The notes under the pieces are model-generated. The model had not been told where the DNA came from. It did not search any database and saw only the letters and a list, made by a program, of their open reading frames with translations. Shown here in pieces: positions 43,330-54,526 of a DNA stretch of 64,000 bases. The translations under genes and the position numbers were made by a program. Origin of the DNA: Lytechinus pictus (taxonomy: Eukaryota); assembly GCF_037042905.1 (NCBI RefSeq), contig NC_087245.1:3970001-4034000 (forward strand), given 5' to 3'. The number at the start of each line of letters is the position of its first letter. Position 1 is the stretch's first letter.

Positions 43330-45559
43330 GGGTGGTATTCTGAAAATTGTCTTAACTTTTCTTGTAAGTCAGCAAGATAACAGCTCGCTAAAATTCTCTT
43401 AAAGTTGAATTAAGAAGACGATTCCAAATATTGAGATATTTACATTAATAGCAACCTTACAACCCCCCAAACACTAATAGGTGATTCGACCCCCCATTTT
43501 CTTTTTTCAAAATAGTGAATTTGAACGATTTATCCCTACCCATTTTCCCTGAGTTCGCTCCTGCAATGCCTACCGAGACGGGTGTTCTTTGAGTGTGACG
43601 TCACCGGGGGGTATTCGGTCCCGGAAGGCAGTGCCGTTTTGTGTACTATGCACGTACTCCTTCATATGGAATAACTGCAGTTGAAGTTGTATCTGCGAGC
43701 CATAGAACTTGCAAAGAGGAAATGATTAAAATATTTGTGGCCGTACTATTATTCCAAATATGTGAATTCCCTCAGAATGATACCATAGACCCTAAAGGAA
43801 TAATTTCAAGGTGAATAATATGAAATTTGATCGAGATCTTCTCACCAGTCGATAACGTAGCAGACGTGTTATTATGACATATTTATCCGCGTGTGACGCG
43901 GCTCTTGCAAAAAAACACAGTTGGTTGCGGAATTGCTTTGTGCCGACCGGCCGCCCGCTCCGGCGCAGCTAGCTGTCGAGCTACCGTACCGTTCTTGTTG
44001 TCTTCAACTTAACCATAGAGATGTATACTAATTACTATATATATTTCTGTCTTCAACTCACTTCCGAATTGCGTTTGTATGTGTGACGGTGACCCCTAGC
44101 GTAATTAAATATAGAAAACAACTCAGAAGGCCGAGAAAGAATACTATACGTTTGGTTCAATATTGTTCTGTGGAATGAGCTATGAGTGGAAATGATCCAG
44201 AGGATATAAAAGTGGAGTCAAAGACAAAAGAAAAGAAGAAAAAACGCCAGGGGATCGCTGCACGGCCATGAACTAAGTCGACATACCAGACCATAACAGT
44301 ACACTCAATGCCTGGGTGTATGTTGTGTGTACTAGTATTATGCGTTCAGCGCGCGCTGAGCTAGCCGCCGGAATTACTTTCCAGCTACTCACTTGATTGA
44401 ACATCGTGATAAAATAAATGAGAAATAGTGAAAATATCATTCAATAACTCACTGTTTGCTATCTTACATCATGATTGAAGAGTTCATGGTGGTTATTCAT
44501 ACTGTTTTTTATACAGGGAAAGTAAAGATTTGTACATATCAGTCCTATTTGTTTGATTTGAGTTGCTTTGAAAAAAAATTGTAAAATATCTTTCTCTCTC
44601 TGCATAGCATTTCTGTATGACATTCAGGCACCTCTTATACTAAATTCCCCCCGGTGACGTCACACTCCGAGTGACTTTTCTGTACCCTCGTCTCTCGGGC
44701 TCTGACAGGTGGCTAATTTCATAGACTTTCAAAGCAAAATATCGAGAAGGCAGAGGATTATTGTGACATGCTATGTGTTTGAACAACTTATATATACTAT
44801 ATATTGTATGTAGAACCTATATTTATGGAAACTCACCCCCTTCTTAATTCAACTTTAAATTGGTATTCTAAAAATTGTCTTATCTCTGTAAGGACGTCCC
44901 CTATTTTATCTCTGACACGCCCAATATTTCATCATCAACCAATCATTAAACTTGTTACATGCTTAGGTCAACCTATAGAAGCGTCTCTTCTGAAAAATAA
45001 TGAAGCGCATTGTTGATACGAGGCGTAATTTCCTTGCGCCCCCGACGCTTGTGCTTTTGCGCTTCTGTGCTAAAAATACACGTGGCTCTTCTCAAAGACA
45101 TTTTTTATCTGAAAAGATTTATCGGCTCGAACACCAAATTTTAATTGCTGAAAAGTCTATCAATCCGTTGTTATAATGTCTTTGGAATGTCTCCTTTTGT
45201 AAAACATGATGTTCTGGCGGGATGCAGCAAGAAATAATTATTGCAGACGGACAAATATCGCATGCAACAATAAGTTACAATAGCCCCCTACCTCTTGTAA
45301 ATTTTCTTGTATTTTCCAAGGAAGTTAACAGAACGCAAAGATAAGAGAATTTTCAGAATACCTTTTATCTCGATATGTTATCTTGCGCAAAGGGATATTT
45401 ATGCGCTGTTTTTAACTTTACGCATAATTCTAGCTCTGACATCATACGCGCTCAGTGAAAGTTACAAGAAAATTAACAAGAATTTTCGGAATACGGATTT
45501 TATTGTAACTCTAAAGATACAAGAATATTTCTCAGAAGACAATTTTCAGAATACGGCCC
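43330..45559. mobile_element. PIF/Harbinger-like MITE interrupted by a nested insertion
   Basis: TIRs GGGTGGTATTCTGAAAATTGTCTT / AAGACAATTTTCAGAATACGGCCC with a 3-bp TAG duplication (43327-43329, 45560-45562). Subterminal copies of the TIR motif at about 44862, 45349 and 45481. About 0.77 kb once the nested element is removed. Confidence 0.8.
43403..44854. mobile_element. Kolobok-like non-autonomous element (1452 bp) nested in the Harbinger-like MITE
   Basis: TTAA|AGTTGAATTAAGAAG ... CTTCTTAATTCAACT|TTAA: perfect 15-bp TIRs and a TTAA TSD. Internal perfect inverted repeat gagtgtgacgtcaccgggggg (43591-43611) / ccccccggtgacgtcacactc (44647-44667). CpG-rich interior with no long ORF. Confidence 0.82.
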
Positions 45560-48044
45560 TAGATCTTTATGTTAATGTCTAGCTATGTCATGGTCAAGTT
45601 GTATAAGCCATGTTCCATTTGCGTCAACAGTGTCCACCTTGGCTTAATTGCTTTGGCCAATAATGCGGAACAGAGTTTGTCCGCAACAACCTCTGTTCTT
45701 ATGGGTTTGGTTCTGTAGAAGATGTGCTTTATGGTCAGTCGTCAACTTGGTATCTTAAATTTTCCATATCCTTGCATTCTGTTTTACTTGATTAAGAACA
45801 AGTGCATTTTTCTTTTATTCCAAACTAGAATTTCAAATATGAATTTATTTTAGTTAAGTATTCAATCTGTATGTTCTAGTTGAGATTATACAATGCAGGA
45901 AACCTATAGAAATTGTTATCTAAAAAACATCTGTCTGATTCAATTCATACAACAGATTGAAATGTAAAGGAAATAGATTCAGTAAACTATGTAGCTAGCA
46001 ATGCATATCCACTGCTGGTAAACACTGAGAAGAAATTTTTGTACAGCCTTTGCCAGTGTAAATATGGCCAGGACATTTCAAGATGCATGTAGATAATATA
46101 GGAATTCTGCATTCGTTGGTTTATCATGGAAGATATTCATTATTGCATTCAGACATGAGCAATATTGTCATTACGAACACACATGCTATCTACCTCCATG
46201 ATTAATCCAATCTAGCCCAGTATTGCATTTTGTAAGTCTTAATTACTAGAATTGGGAGTATGAACAAAAGTATTGTCTTTACTTGATTCGTTCCTATACC
46301 AGTGATGAATCAAAACAATATTTCATCTTTCCATGACTGACCTCTCGCGTGGTTCTTATTTATGATAGCCCTTGTGACCGTGTCGTAAAGCCTGCAATCA
46401 ATTTAGAGGAGACTCTTCTGTAATGACGCTCGTCAAAATCTTCATTGAGCGGCTCGTTCTTCATCCCCAGCCGACAATTTATACGAAACCGTGACTGATG
46501 TATCCCATAATCCCCGAGTATCGCCGTTGTCATCCGAGATGGGGAGTGCATCATGGTCTATTTAGAGATCTCTGACTTCATGAAGGGAGTTCATGGAGTA
46601 TTTTGGGGTATCCCGACTTTAGTTGTTTGGATATTTTAAACCCCAGGATGCGGTGAACTTGAATAAAACACTTACACTGATGAAATGATGTGAAGAGAAG
46701 ATGAATAAAAGAAAGTAATAAAGAGATGGGGTTGAAGTGGAAATTTGTAGGCATGAAGAGGGTACGAAAGAGAGAGAGAGATTTAAAAAGAAATGTTTTT
46801 AAACCAAATAGAAAACATTACATAATAGCAATTATAGAATTTTATGAATTACAGAAAGCTGGATCAATTTTACAAAAGGAACAGATGGGATTGGAATAAT
46901 GTGTGATTGATAAATCAAAGCAAAAGAAAAAAGTAAATAATGTTTTAAGCCCAAGATATATTGGTAGTTAGAAATCAGATTAAAAGAAAGGTTGATACAA
47001 GATTGATAACACAATTAAAAGAAAAAATGAAAACATGGGAAGATTGGGATGGTGGAATATGCAAAATAACTAGCATTATTATTCTTTCTTTGAATTCTAT
47101 GGATGTTGATGCAAGCTTTTACCTTTTATGCAAGAGCTCTATCTGTTTTGATGATAAATTAATGTTTGATTGCTTCTCTCTAATCCTCTCTCCCTCTCAA
47201 GCTATTTGTGAGTGCCCATGTAGCCCTTGGCGGCCTCTCTTTAACCTCTAATGACTGTAATGAATTGGATAAGTGGTCACTCATCTCTCTTGACCGCTAC
47301 AAACAGCCTTTGATGGCCAATTTGCTACCTGACTTAAATTACTAGACTGAACTTCTACTTGACTGCCCTAAGTATCCCATTGAATGGTGTTTTTCATTAA
47401 AGGAAACTGACTCTTCAATGAAAGCTGCACCCATGATGCAAGCAAAAGCCATTTCTATTTTAATGCTCACATACTTTAATAACATATGTATATATATATA
47501 TACTTTAATAACATATCTATATTTAGCCAGTTATGCTTAGAAATGAGACTCACTTGGGGTTAAAATTGGGAGGAAAATGCATAATGTATAAGTAGGTCTA
47601 ACAAAGTTAACAAATAATAATTGTTTCAGAATGCATCGCTATTACATGTATTAGGTGTAAATTTGTGATGGCAATAAATTCCAGGATCTATTCCTTAAAA
47701 AACAACAACATAGATCTTATGTTTTTCAATATTATAATATGATTGCTCATAAGATAAATAGGCACTAGTCTATTGAGATGTAATGTACTCATACTTTGAT
47801 ATATTTTTGTTCTAAAACCAAAATATTCCTTCATCATGAAAACATGAACTGTCTTCAGCCAAAAAGATTGTTATCTAATTATACTGTACACTAGAAGTTC
47901 AATATTTATATGTCTCCTATCAGAAATATACAAACACACAGTAGTTGTTTGACTTTTGTATGGAAATAGAAGGATGAATTATGCATAATTTTTATTCAAA
48001 ACAACTCTGAGTAAAGCCCTGAATGGAGTTAACTTTGCCATTAA

Positions 48045-48644
48045 AGGGATGGTTTGGGCTGAAAATATTTATATCTCAATAAATAGAGTAAACTTCACCA
48101 CGGAGCAAAATGCTGAAAATTTCATCAAAATTGGATAACAAATAAAGTTATTGAATTTTAAAGATTTGCATTATTCTGGTGAAACAGTTCTAGGCATGTC
48201 TTTATGAATACTTATTATAGGTGGGCTGATGACGTCATATCCCACTTGTTCTTTTGTATTTTATTATGTGAAATTAGGTTTATTCAAATTTTTTCTACCA
48301 AGAACTAAAACAATTGGATTGACAACTGATTAAGTGCATTAGTTGTTATTGCCGCAACTTATTTCATCATAATGGAGACACATCATTTACACATGTATGA
48401 AAAAATGAAACATTTATGATTTCATGTAATAATAAAAAGGAAAGTGGGGATGTGACATCATTAGCCTACATAATGAATATTCATGACGATGTACACATAA
48501 CTGTTTTCACAAAATATTGATAAACTTTAAAATTCAATAACTTCCTTAGTTGTTATCCGATTTTGATGAAATTTTCAGCATTTTGCTCTGTGAATTTTAC
48601 TCTATTTATTTAGATATAAATATTTTCAGCCCGGACCTTTCCCT
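48045..48644. mobile_element. Kolobok-like MITE (600 bp) with long imperfect TIRs
   Basis: TTAA|AGGGA...TCCCT|TTAA. The inverted arms match over roughly 200 bp (gggctgaaaatatttatatct..., gagcaaaatgctgaaaatttcatcaaaat...). Confidence 0.88.
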
Positions 48645-48973
48645 TTAAACAAAATCTTACCTAAAATTACATACTAGTATTTGCTTTTTAGAAGCTTAAA
48701 TATTTTTTCACATGCAAATCCAGGTTGTTACCTATTAACGGTCCTTGTAAGTTATCTGTATAGCTTTAAAGTATTACTGAATAAAGGCTGTTCTTGGTAT
48801 GGTGTTTCCTTCTCAAAGGATGCCCAGTTATTAAGGGGCTGTATCTAAATGATGGATGATATGTTTCTCCAAAGTGGAAAATACTCCTCATCTTGATTAT
48901 CATCTAAAACAATCAATCAATCTCTTCTCATTTCAGTGTCCAAGGAGTTTGGGACAATTTGGACTGTATCCAT

Positions 48974-49840
48974 AGGGCCGTCTGCACCATCCCGAGTTTT
49001 CAAATTAGCGCGCTATTTCTGATCCGGCAAATTATCCCGATCTGAAAAATCTCGAGATAGTTGGCGGTGGAGACGCAATTATCGCGCTAGTTCGTAGGAT
49101 TAATCTCGAGTTTATTTGCAAAATAGCGCGCTATTTTACGAATTATCCCGCTAATTCGTCGGTGCAGACGCACTCGAGATTGGACTCGGGGTAATTTATT
49201 CATGACGTCAGTCCATAATCCAATTCGCGTTCCACTTCTGCCTTGGTCAAAACATAAACACGTGCGAAAGTCAACTTTATACATGCGAATAGCGTTCATC
49301 AATTGCCTAATAAGCAACGATGGTGTCCCACCAGTGAATGGATTTTGGGAGAGACCAGACCGAAGGGGGAGGCGCTCATCGACGATGGTCATATTCAATA
49401 ACAACACTGACAGCAGTGTTGTCTTATTCCTTCGCAAAATGTGAGCAAATAGCATTTCTTTCCTCCTTCTCTCCCTCTCTCTCTCTCTCTGTCGTTGCCT
49501 CCTACTCCGCCATCATATTTAACGAAGAATACATCACTTCTTCACTCGCTGAGCAGAGAGGATTGTTGCATAACACCGGTCGAATTCGGCGAAAGTGCTA
49601 GTGAAAGGAGTACATTGCTTGCATATCGCGGGAAGTTATTCAAAAGCGCGGGCCGTTGAAACTCCAAGATCCGAAAGTGCGCATGCTCGTAACATCGGGC
49701 TTGTTGCCTCGCTCGAGCAGGAATCGCTCTTCTTGCGATGGTGGAGACGGGGTTTCTTGAATCTCGAGATTAATCGCGAAGTGGGCCGATCGGGCTAAAA
49801 TCTCGAGATTGAGCAAACTCGGGATGGTGCAGCACCACCT
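48974..49840 (+). mobile_element. Harbinger-like MITE, copy 1 (867 bp)
   Basis: TIR core ctgcaccatcccgagttt at both ends, AGG...CCT termini, and a 3-bp CAT duplication (48971-48973, 49841-49843). Many internal atctcgagat palindromes; CpG-rich. Confidence 0.85.
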
Positions 49841-50046
49841 CATGATTGTAGTGATTGTAATATGTTTTGCATATGCCTTTTCTGCCCATTTTCTTCTCCA
49901 TTGAGTTACCATTGCCATGTTTGCATTCATGCACATCATCTACATCAGGAATTACAAGTAACTTCTCTAACCATCAACATAAGCATTTTAATGATGATTG
50001 TGATCTCCATCATCACCAATACCACAAGTTGTATACTATTATACCA

Positions 50047-50098
50047 TAATCATCATCATTATCATCATCATCATCATTATCATCATCATTATCATCAT
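50047..50098. repeat. (ATC/ATT)n trinucleotide microsatellite
   Basis: catcatcattatcatcatcatcatcattatc... in the spacer between the two inverted MITEs. Confidence 0.9.
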
Positions 50099-50111
50099 AT
50101 ATAATCTCATG

Positions 50112-51017
50112 AGGCGGTGCTGCACCATCCCGAGTTTGCTCAATCTCGAGATTTTAGCCGGATCGGCCCACTTCGCGATTAATCTCGAGATTCAAGAAAC
50201 CCCGTCTCCACCATCGCAAGAAGAGCGATTCCTGCTCGAGCGAGGCAACAAGACCGATATTACGAGCATGCGCACTTTCGGATCTTGGAGTTTCAACGGC
50301 CCGCGCTTTTGAATAACTTCCCGCGATATGCAAGCAATGTACTCCTTTGCTAGCACTTTCGCCGAATTCGACCGGTGTTATGCAACAATCCTCTCAGCTC
50401 AGCGAGTGAAGAAGTGATGTATTCTTCGTTAAATATGATGGTGGAGTAGGAGGCAACGACAGAGAGAGAGAGAGAGGGAGAGAAGGAGGAAAGAAATGCT
50501 ATTTGCTCACATTTTGCGAAGGAATAAGACAACACTGCTGTCAGTGTTGTTATTGAATATGACCATCGTCGATGAGCGCCTCCCCCTTCGGTCTGGTCTC
50601 TCCCAAAATCCATTCACTGGTGGGACACCATCGTTGCTGATTAGGCAATTGATGAACGCTATTCGCGATAATATCTATTCGCATGTATAAAGTTGACTTT
50701 CGCACGTGTTTATGTTTTGACCAAGGCGGAAGTGGAACGCGAATTGCATTATGGACTGACGTCATGAATAAATTACCCCGAGTCCAATCTCGAGTGCGTC
50801 TGCACCGACGAATTAGCGGGATAATTCGTAAAATAGCGCGCTATTTTGCAAATAAACCCGAGTTGACTTGGGATTGCAATCTCGAGATTAATCCTACGAA
50901 CTAGCGCGATAATTGCGTCTCCACCACAAACTATCTCGAGATTTTTCAGATCGGGATAATTTGCCGGATCAGAAATAGCGCGCTAATTTGAAAACTCGGG
51001 ATGGTGCTGACGGCCCT
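50112..51017 (-). mobile_element. Harbinger-like MITE, copy 2 (906 bp), inverted relative to copy 1
   Basis: Near-exact reverse complement of 48974-49840, as mirrored by the duplicated ORFs in the track. Flanked by ATG/ATG (50109-50111, 51018-51020), which is CAT in element orientation. Confidence 0.85.
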
Positions 51018-54000
51018 ATGGATGCATATATCCATACTCCTCCTTAGAATGTTAACATCCCCTCCAAACCACAATCATTCCTCTCTCATTTATCCAGCTT
51101 ATTCCTCCTCCTTCTCATCTATCTCTCTGACCGCAAGCATCATCTAGATGAAGGATGACCCATCTTCCTTTAGATGTATTTCTCTTTGGTCTCTTTTCCC
51201 TGTAAATCCCTCATCCATCACTTGTCCATTCTACACCTCTTGCGTATTTCACTCTCCTATATTGACCACTTTCACTCATAATGGCGACCATGCAGGTAAC
51301 TACATGTATTTGTTCTCAGGACCCCTCTATTTATTTGACTATAAAGATCTGTTTTTAGTTTTTATACAATGCTGATTTTATTCATTGTAATTTTAATTAT
51401 TTTATTTCTACTAAAATGCAATGAATATCATTTGATGCTTGCTGAGTCCTATATGTGCTTAGTTGCTTACCATGAATAAGGTATTTTCATAAGGAAATTT
51501 CTTGATAAAAAGAGAAGAAATTCAATTGAAATCTTGTCATTTTGAGTTATTTTAATGTGATTATATGCTGTATTTTCAGGTTTAAGTCTTATTGAAGAAG
51601 GAAAAAAATAAATTTAGACTCTGAATATTTAACTTTGTGGTCTTTTTAAAAATAGATAATGGTATGTAACAGTTGTGTTTAGCTCATCATCAGTTGGTAC
51701 ACCAATATATTAAACTGCAATACAGCTTTTATTGCTTCAAATTGATAAATCTCTGATACTGATACTAAACCTGTTTTGTCAATAGAGGGAGTGCTCTGCT
51801 ACAGATATATTTTTGTTGAGCTGGGGTCCTGAATATCCAATTTGACATCAAATGATCCATCTCTCTCACAAACTGCCACAAGCCCATCCAAGTGCGCTAA
51901 CGCATGGCGCGAGAGGTTTGCTTTTCTTTTCAAATCCCTCAGAATTGATTGTGTGACTTTTTGACAAAAGCACCTGCATTTTTAGGGGAATTAACTGGAG
52001 TGTAAAGTAAAGACAAAAGCATATGGAATATGGTGAGTTTTTATACCATATTTTTTCTGAATTTGTTACCTAGTATAGTATTCTGATGAAGTTGAAATTA
52101 TGAGGACATTAGTTACTTTTATCATGAAACTGAGAGATAAAATAAAAAGAGGGAGAAAGAGAATGAGGTACATGTGTGAAATACATTTCTTTTTCTCTTA
52201 ACCATTTTGAAACTTCTATTTTGTACAAACTCTGCATCCATTTAGATGTTACATTTTTTAAATCATTTTTATGCTTCAAAAACATTAAAGTCAATCATAT
52301 CTTGAAAAGAAATCAAAATACAGATAAGCATCATATATTTGAATTGAAAAACAGATGAGAAATTTGAGCCTTCACTTGAATTGCAATTCAAACAGAACAG
52401 ACATATATTTTCAAAAATGGAGATACTACACTATGTAGTGAATTTTTATAAAAGAACTAAAGAAGTGTGTGTATTAGTGGTTGCTATGTTGCCTTCAACC
52501 TGGCTCTATGTGTGTTCGTAATGAAAGTATAACAGATTGGCTTCCTTGAGAAGCTGGGAAGGATAAATATACTTTACCGTAAGTCATCCATCTTTTATGA
52601 AACCTACCGTAGTGTCAAGTCAATATTGAATTCAGAGAGCTATTTCTCATACTGCATGGCAAACCAAACCATGCTAGGTTGCATTCATCTGTATATATTA
52701 TAATGTCCAGGAAAGTATTGAGGCTTGAAATCTGATTTTTTTTTCCTTTTTGTGATGAATTGTCTCTTCATTTTTTTTCTTCCCCCCCCCCCCCCCTGGA
52801 CTCTTATTATGGGGAGGGGGTCTATTTTATCCTTGTCAGAATCAAAAGTTTACTGAGGCTTTGGTGGAAAAGGGTAAGGAGTTGGATGTTTGAACCATAC
52901 TTCTTCAAAAGCTATTGAATAATATATTTCTAAACCATTGCATTGGTTAGCATTTGTTTAATGGAAGATTCATCACCGAACCAAGTATTTTACTGTGGAT
53001 ACCAAATATTGTTTTCATCTTTAGTAGATGTAGACATAGTCTGAATCAAAACATTTAAAAGGTGAAAGTTATGAGGGGAAATGTTTTAAAACATCAATTG
53101 AATAATCATTCATACAAGATTGAAGGGTGTAAAAACATACACAACCTAGCAGGTAATATTTTAATATATTCTGTATGCATTTTCAAACATGGCTTTTGGT
53201 TTACCAGTACATCATCAGCAATGCAGTAATGATAGCTTCCAGATAGTTACTAGATTATATAACTTCCTTTTCTGTATTCATAAAACTTATTATTCAAAGT
53301 GAAAACAAAGACTGTGTTGAATGTCTGTTACTTGTTGGATTACAGTCAATAGATAAATTAAAAATGGCAAAATAATCAGAGCATATGATAGAACCAAATG
53401 ATGTATAATATAGATAAGGAGGGAAATTAGGTGAAAGTTAGATGAAACGGATGTTGACAGAGGGAGCTGGAAAAAGGGGTAGACAAAATGTTCTGATTTT
53501 TTAAGAGCTAAGAAGATGGAACACACATTAAGAAGAAATTTAGGAGGAAGGAAGGGGAGACATTGTGCTAATGAATTGGGTCTATTGACTGTCACGGATC
53601 TTAATGGTCCTTACACTCCACTGCTAAGCAGATACGACAGTGAGTCCTCTACCAACAAATCAGCCCCTCTCCCCTGGTTTGTTGCTTTTCAACCAGCCAT
53701 TGGTGGAATAATATTAAGCAGTGTAGCTGTCCCATAGGTGCATTAAAGAGCTGAGAGTCCAGGCTTAGAATACATGATAGATGAAGGGATGAAGCTTATA
53801 CATCACTGATAGTCTTGAGCTTCTCTAGAGATTGTCAGTATTAACATTTTTCTTGAGGTGCCCTAAATCTGTAATGGGAATATATGCTTTGATGTGATGA
53901 TGGTTGATTCAAGCCAGTCTGCTGACTTTGTATCAGATCTTTACATGCTGATAAGCATGAACACTTTTCCCTCTCTTTCTCTCTCTTCATTATGCAAGTA

Positions 54001-54462
54001 TTATTAGACATGCCAGCCAGGGATACTGTAAATATTAATAAATTCTGATGCTTAATTTCTTTGTGCTAATTTTCAAACATAAATGAATGTCATATTTAGT
54101 TTTTTGAAGTTACATTTCTATGTAAAAATTAACTTTAGAGTAACATTCATTTAAAATGGATATATAATATAATTGCTTTTAGCTTCCACATTTTTTTATT
54201 TCAATGAACAGAAGTGAATGCAAATCTTTGTGTTGGTGCAAGAATGCCCTTAGCAAAACATTACCGTGCATTGTGCATCGTTGCAATGCATTAATGCACG
54301 CTGCTAAGGGTGTTTTTGAGAGCATGTGAAGTGTGAAAGTGTGGTATTATCTACGTTCTTGCACCGACTCAACAAAATATATAGCACGGCTTTGATCCTC
54401 TGAATGAAGCTATATCTTGTCAATGCTCTCACATGTGTATGATTATTTTGTGTTTATTTCAG

Positions 54463-54526
54463 AGAGAAGCTGTCTGTAGCCAGACTCCAGAGGGAGCTAG
54501 CTAAAGCCAAGAGTGAGGGCAACATG
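54463..54526 (+). CDS. NCKAP5: Internal coding exon (64 nt) of an NCKAP5-like coiled-coil protein
   Basis: Acceptor ttttgtgtttatttcAG and donor ATG|GTGAGT. After one base completing the previous codon it reads EKLSVARLQRELAKAKSEGNM. This closely resembles the human NCKAP5 segment I recall as EKLAVARLQREVAQRTSEGAM (from memory, no search run). Enters in phase 2 and exits in phase 0. Confidence 0.88.

Noticed and set aside
49862..50104. His-rich ORF
   Set aside because: Translation of the (CAT)n microsatellite.
49087..50904. Paired ORFs of 60-122 aa on both strands in the ORF track
   Set aside because: They are by-products of the GC-richer inverted MITE copies. They show no transposase-like motifs, and the frames are broken differently in the two copies.
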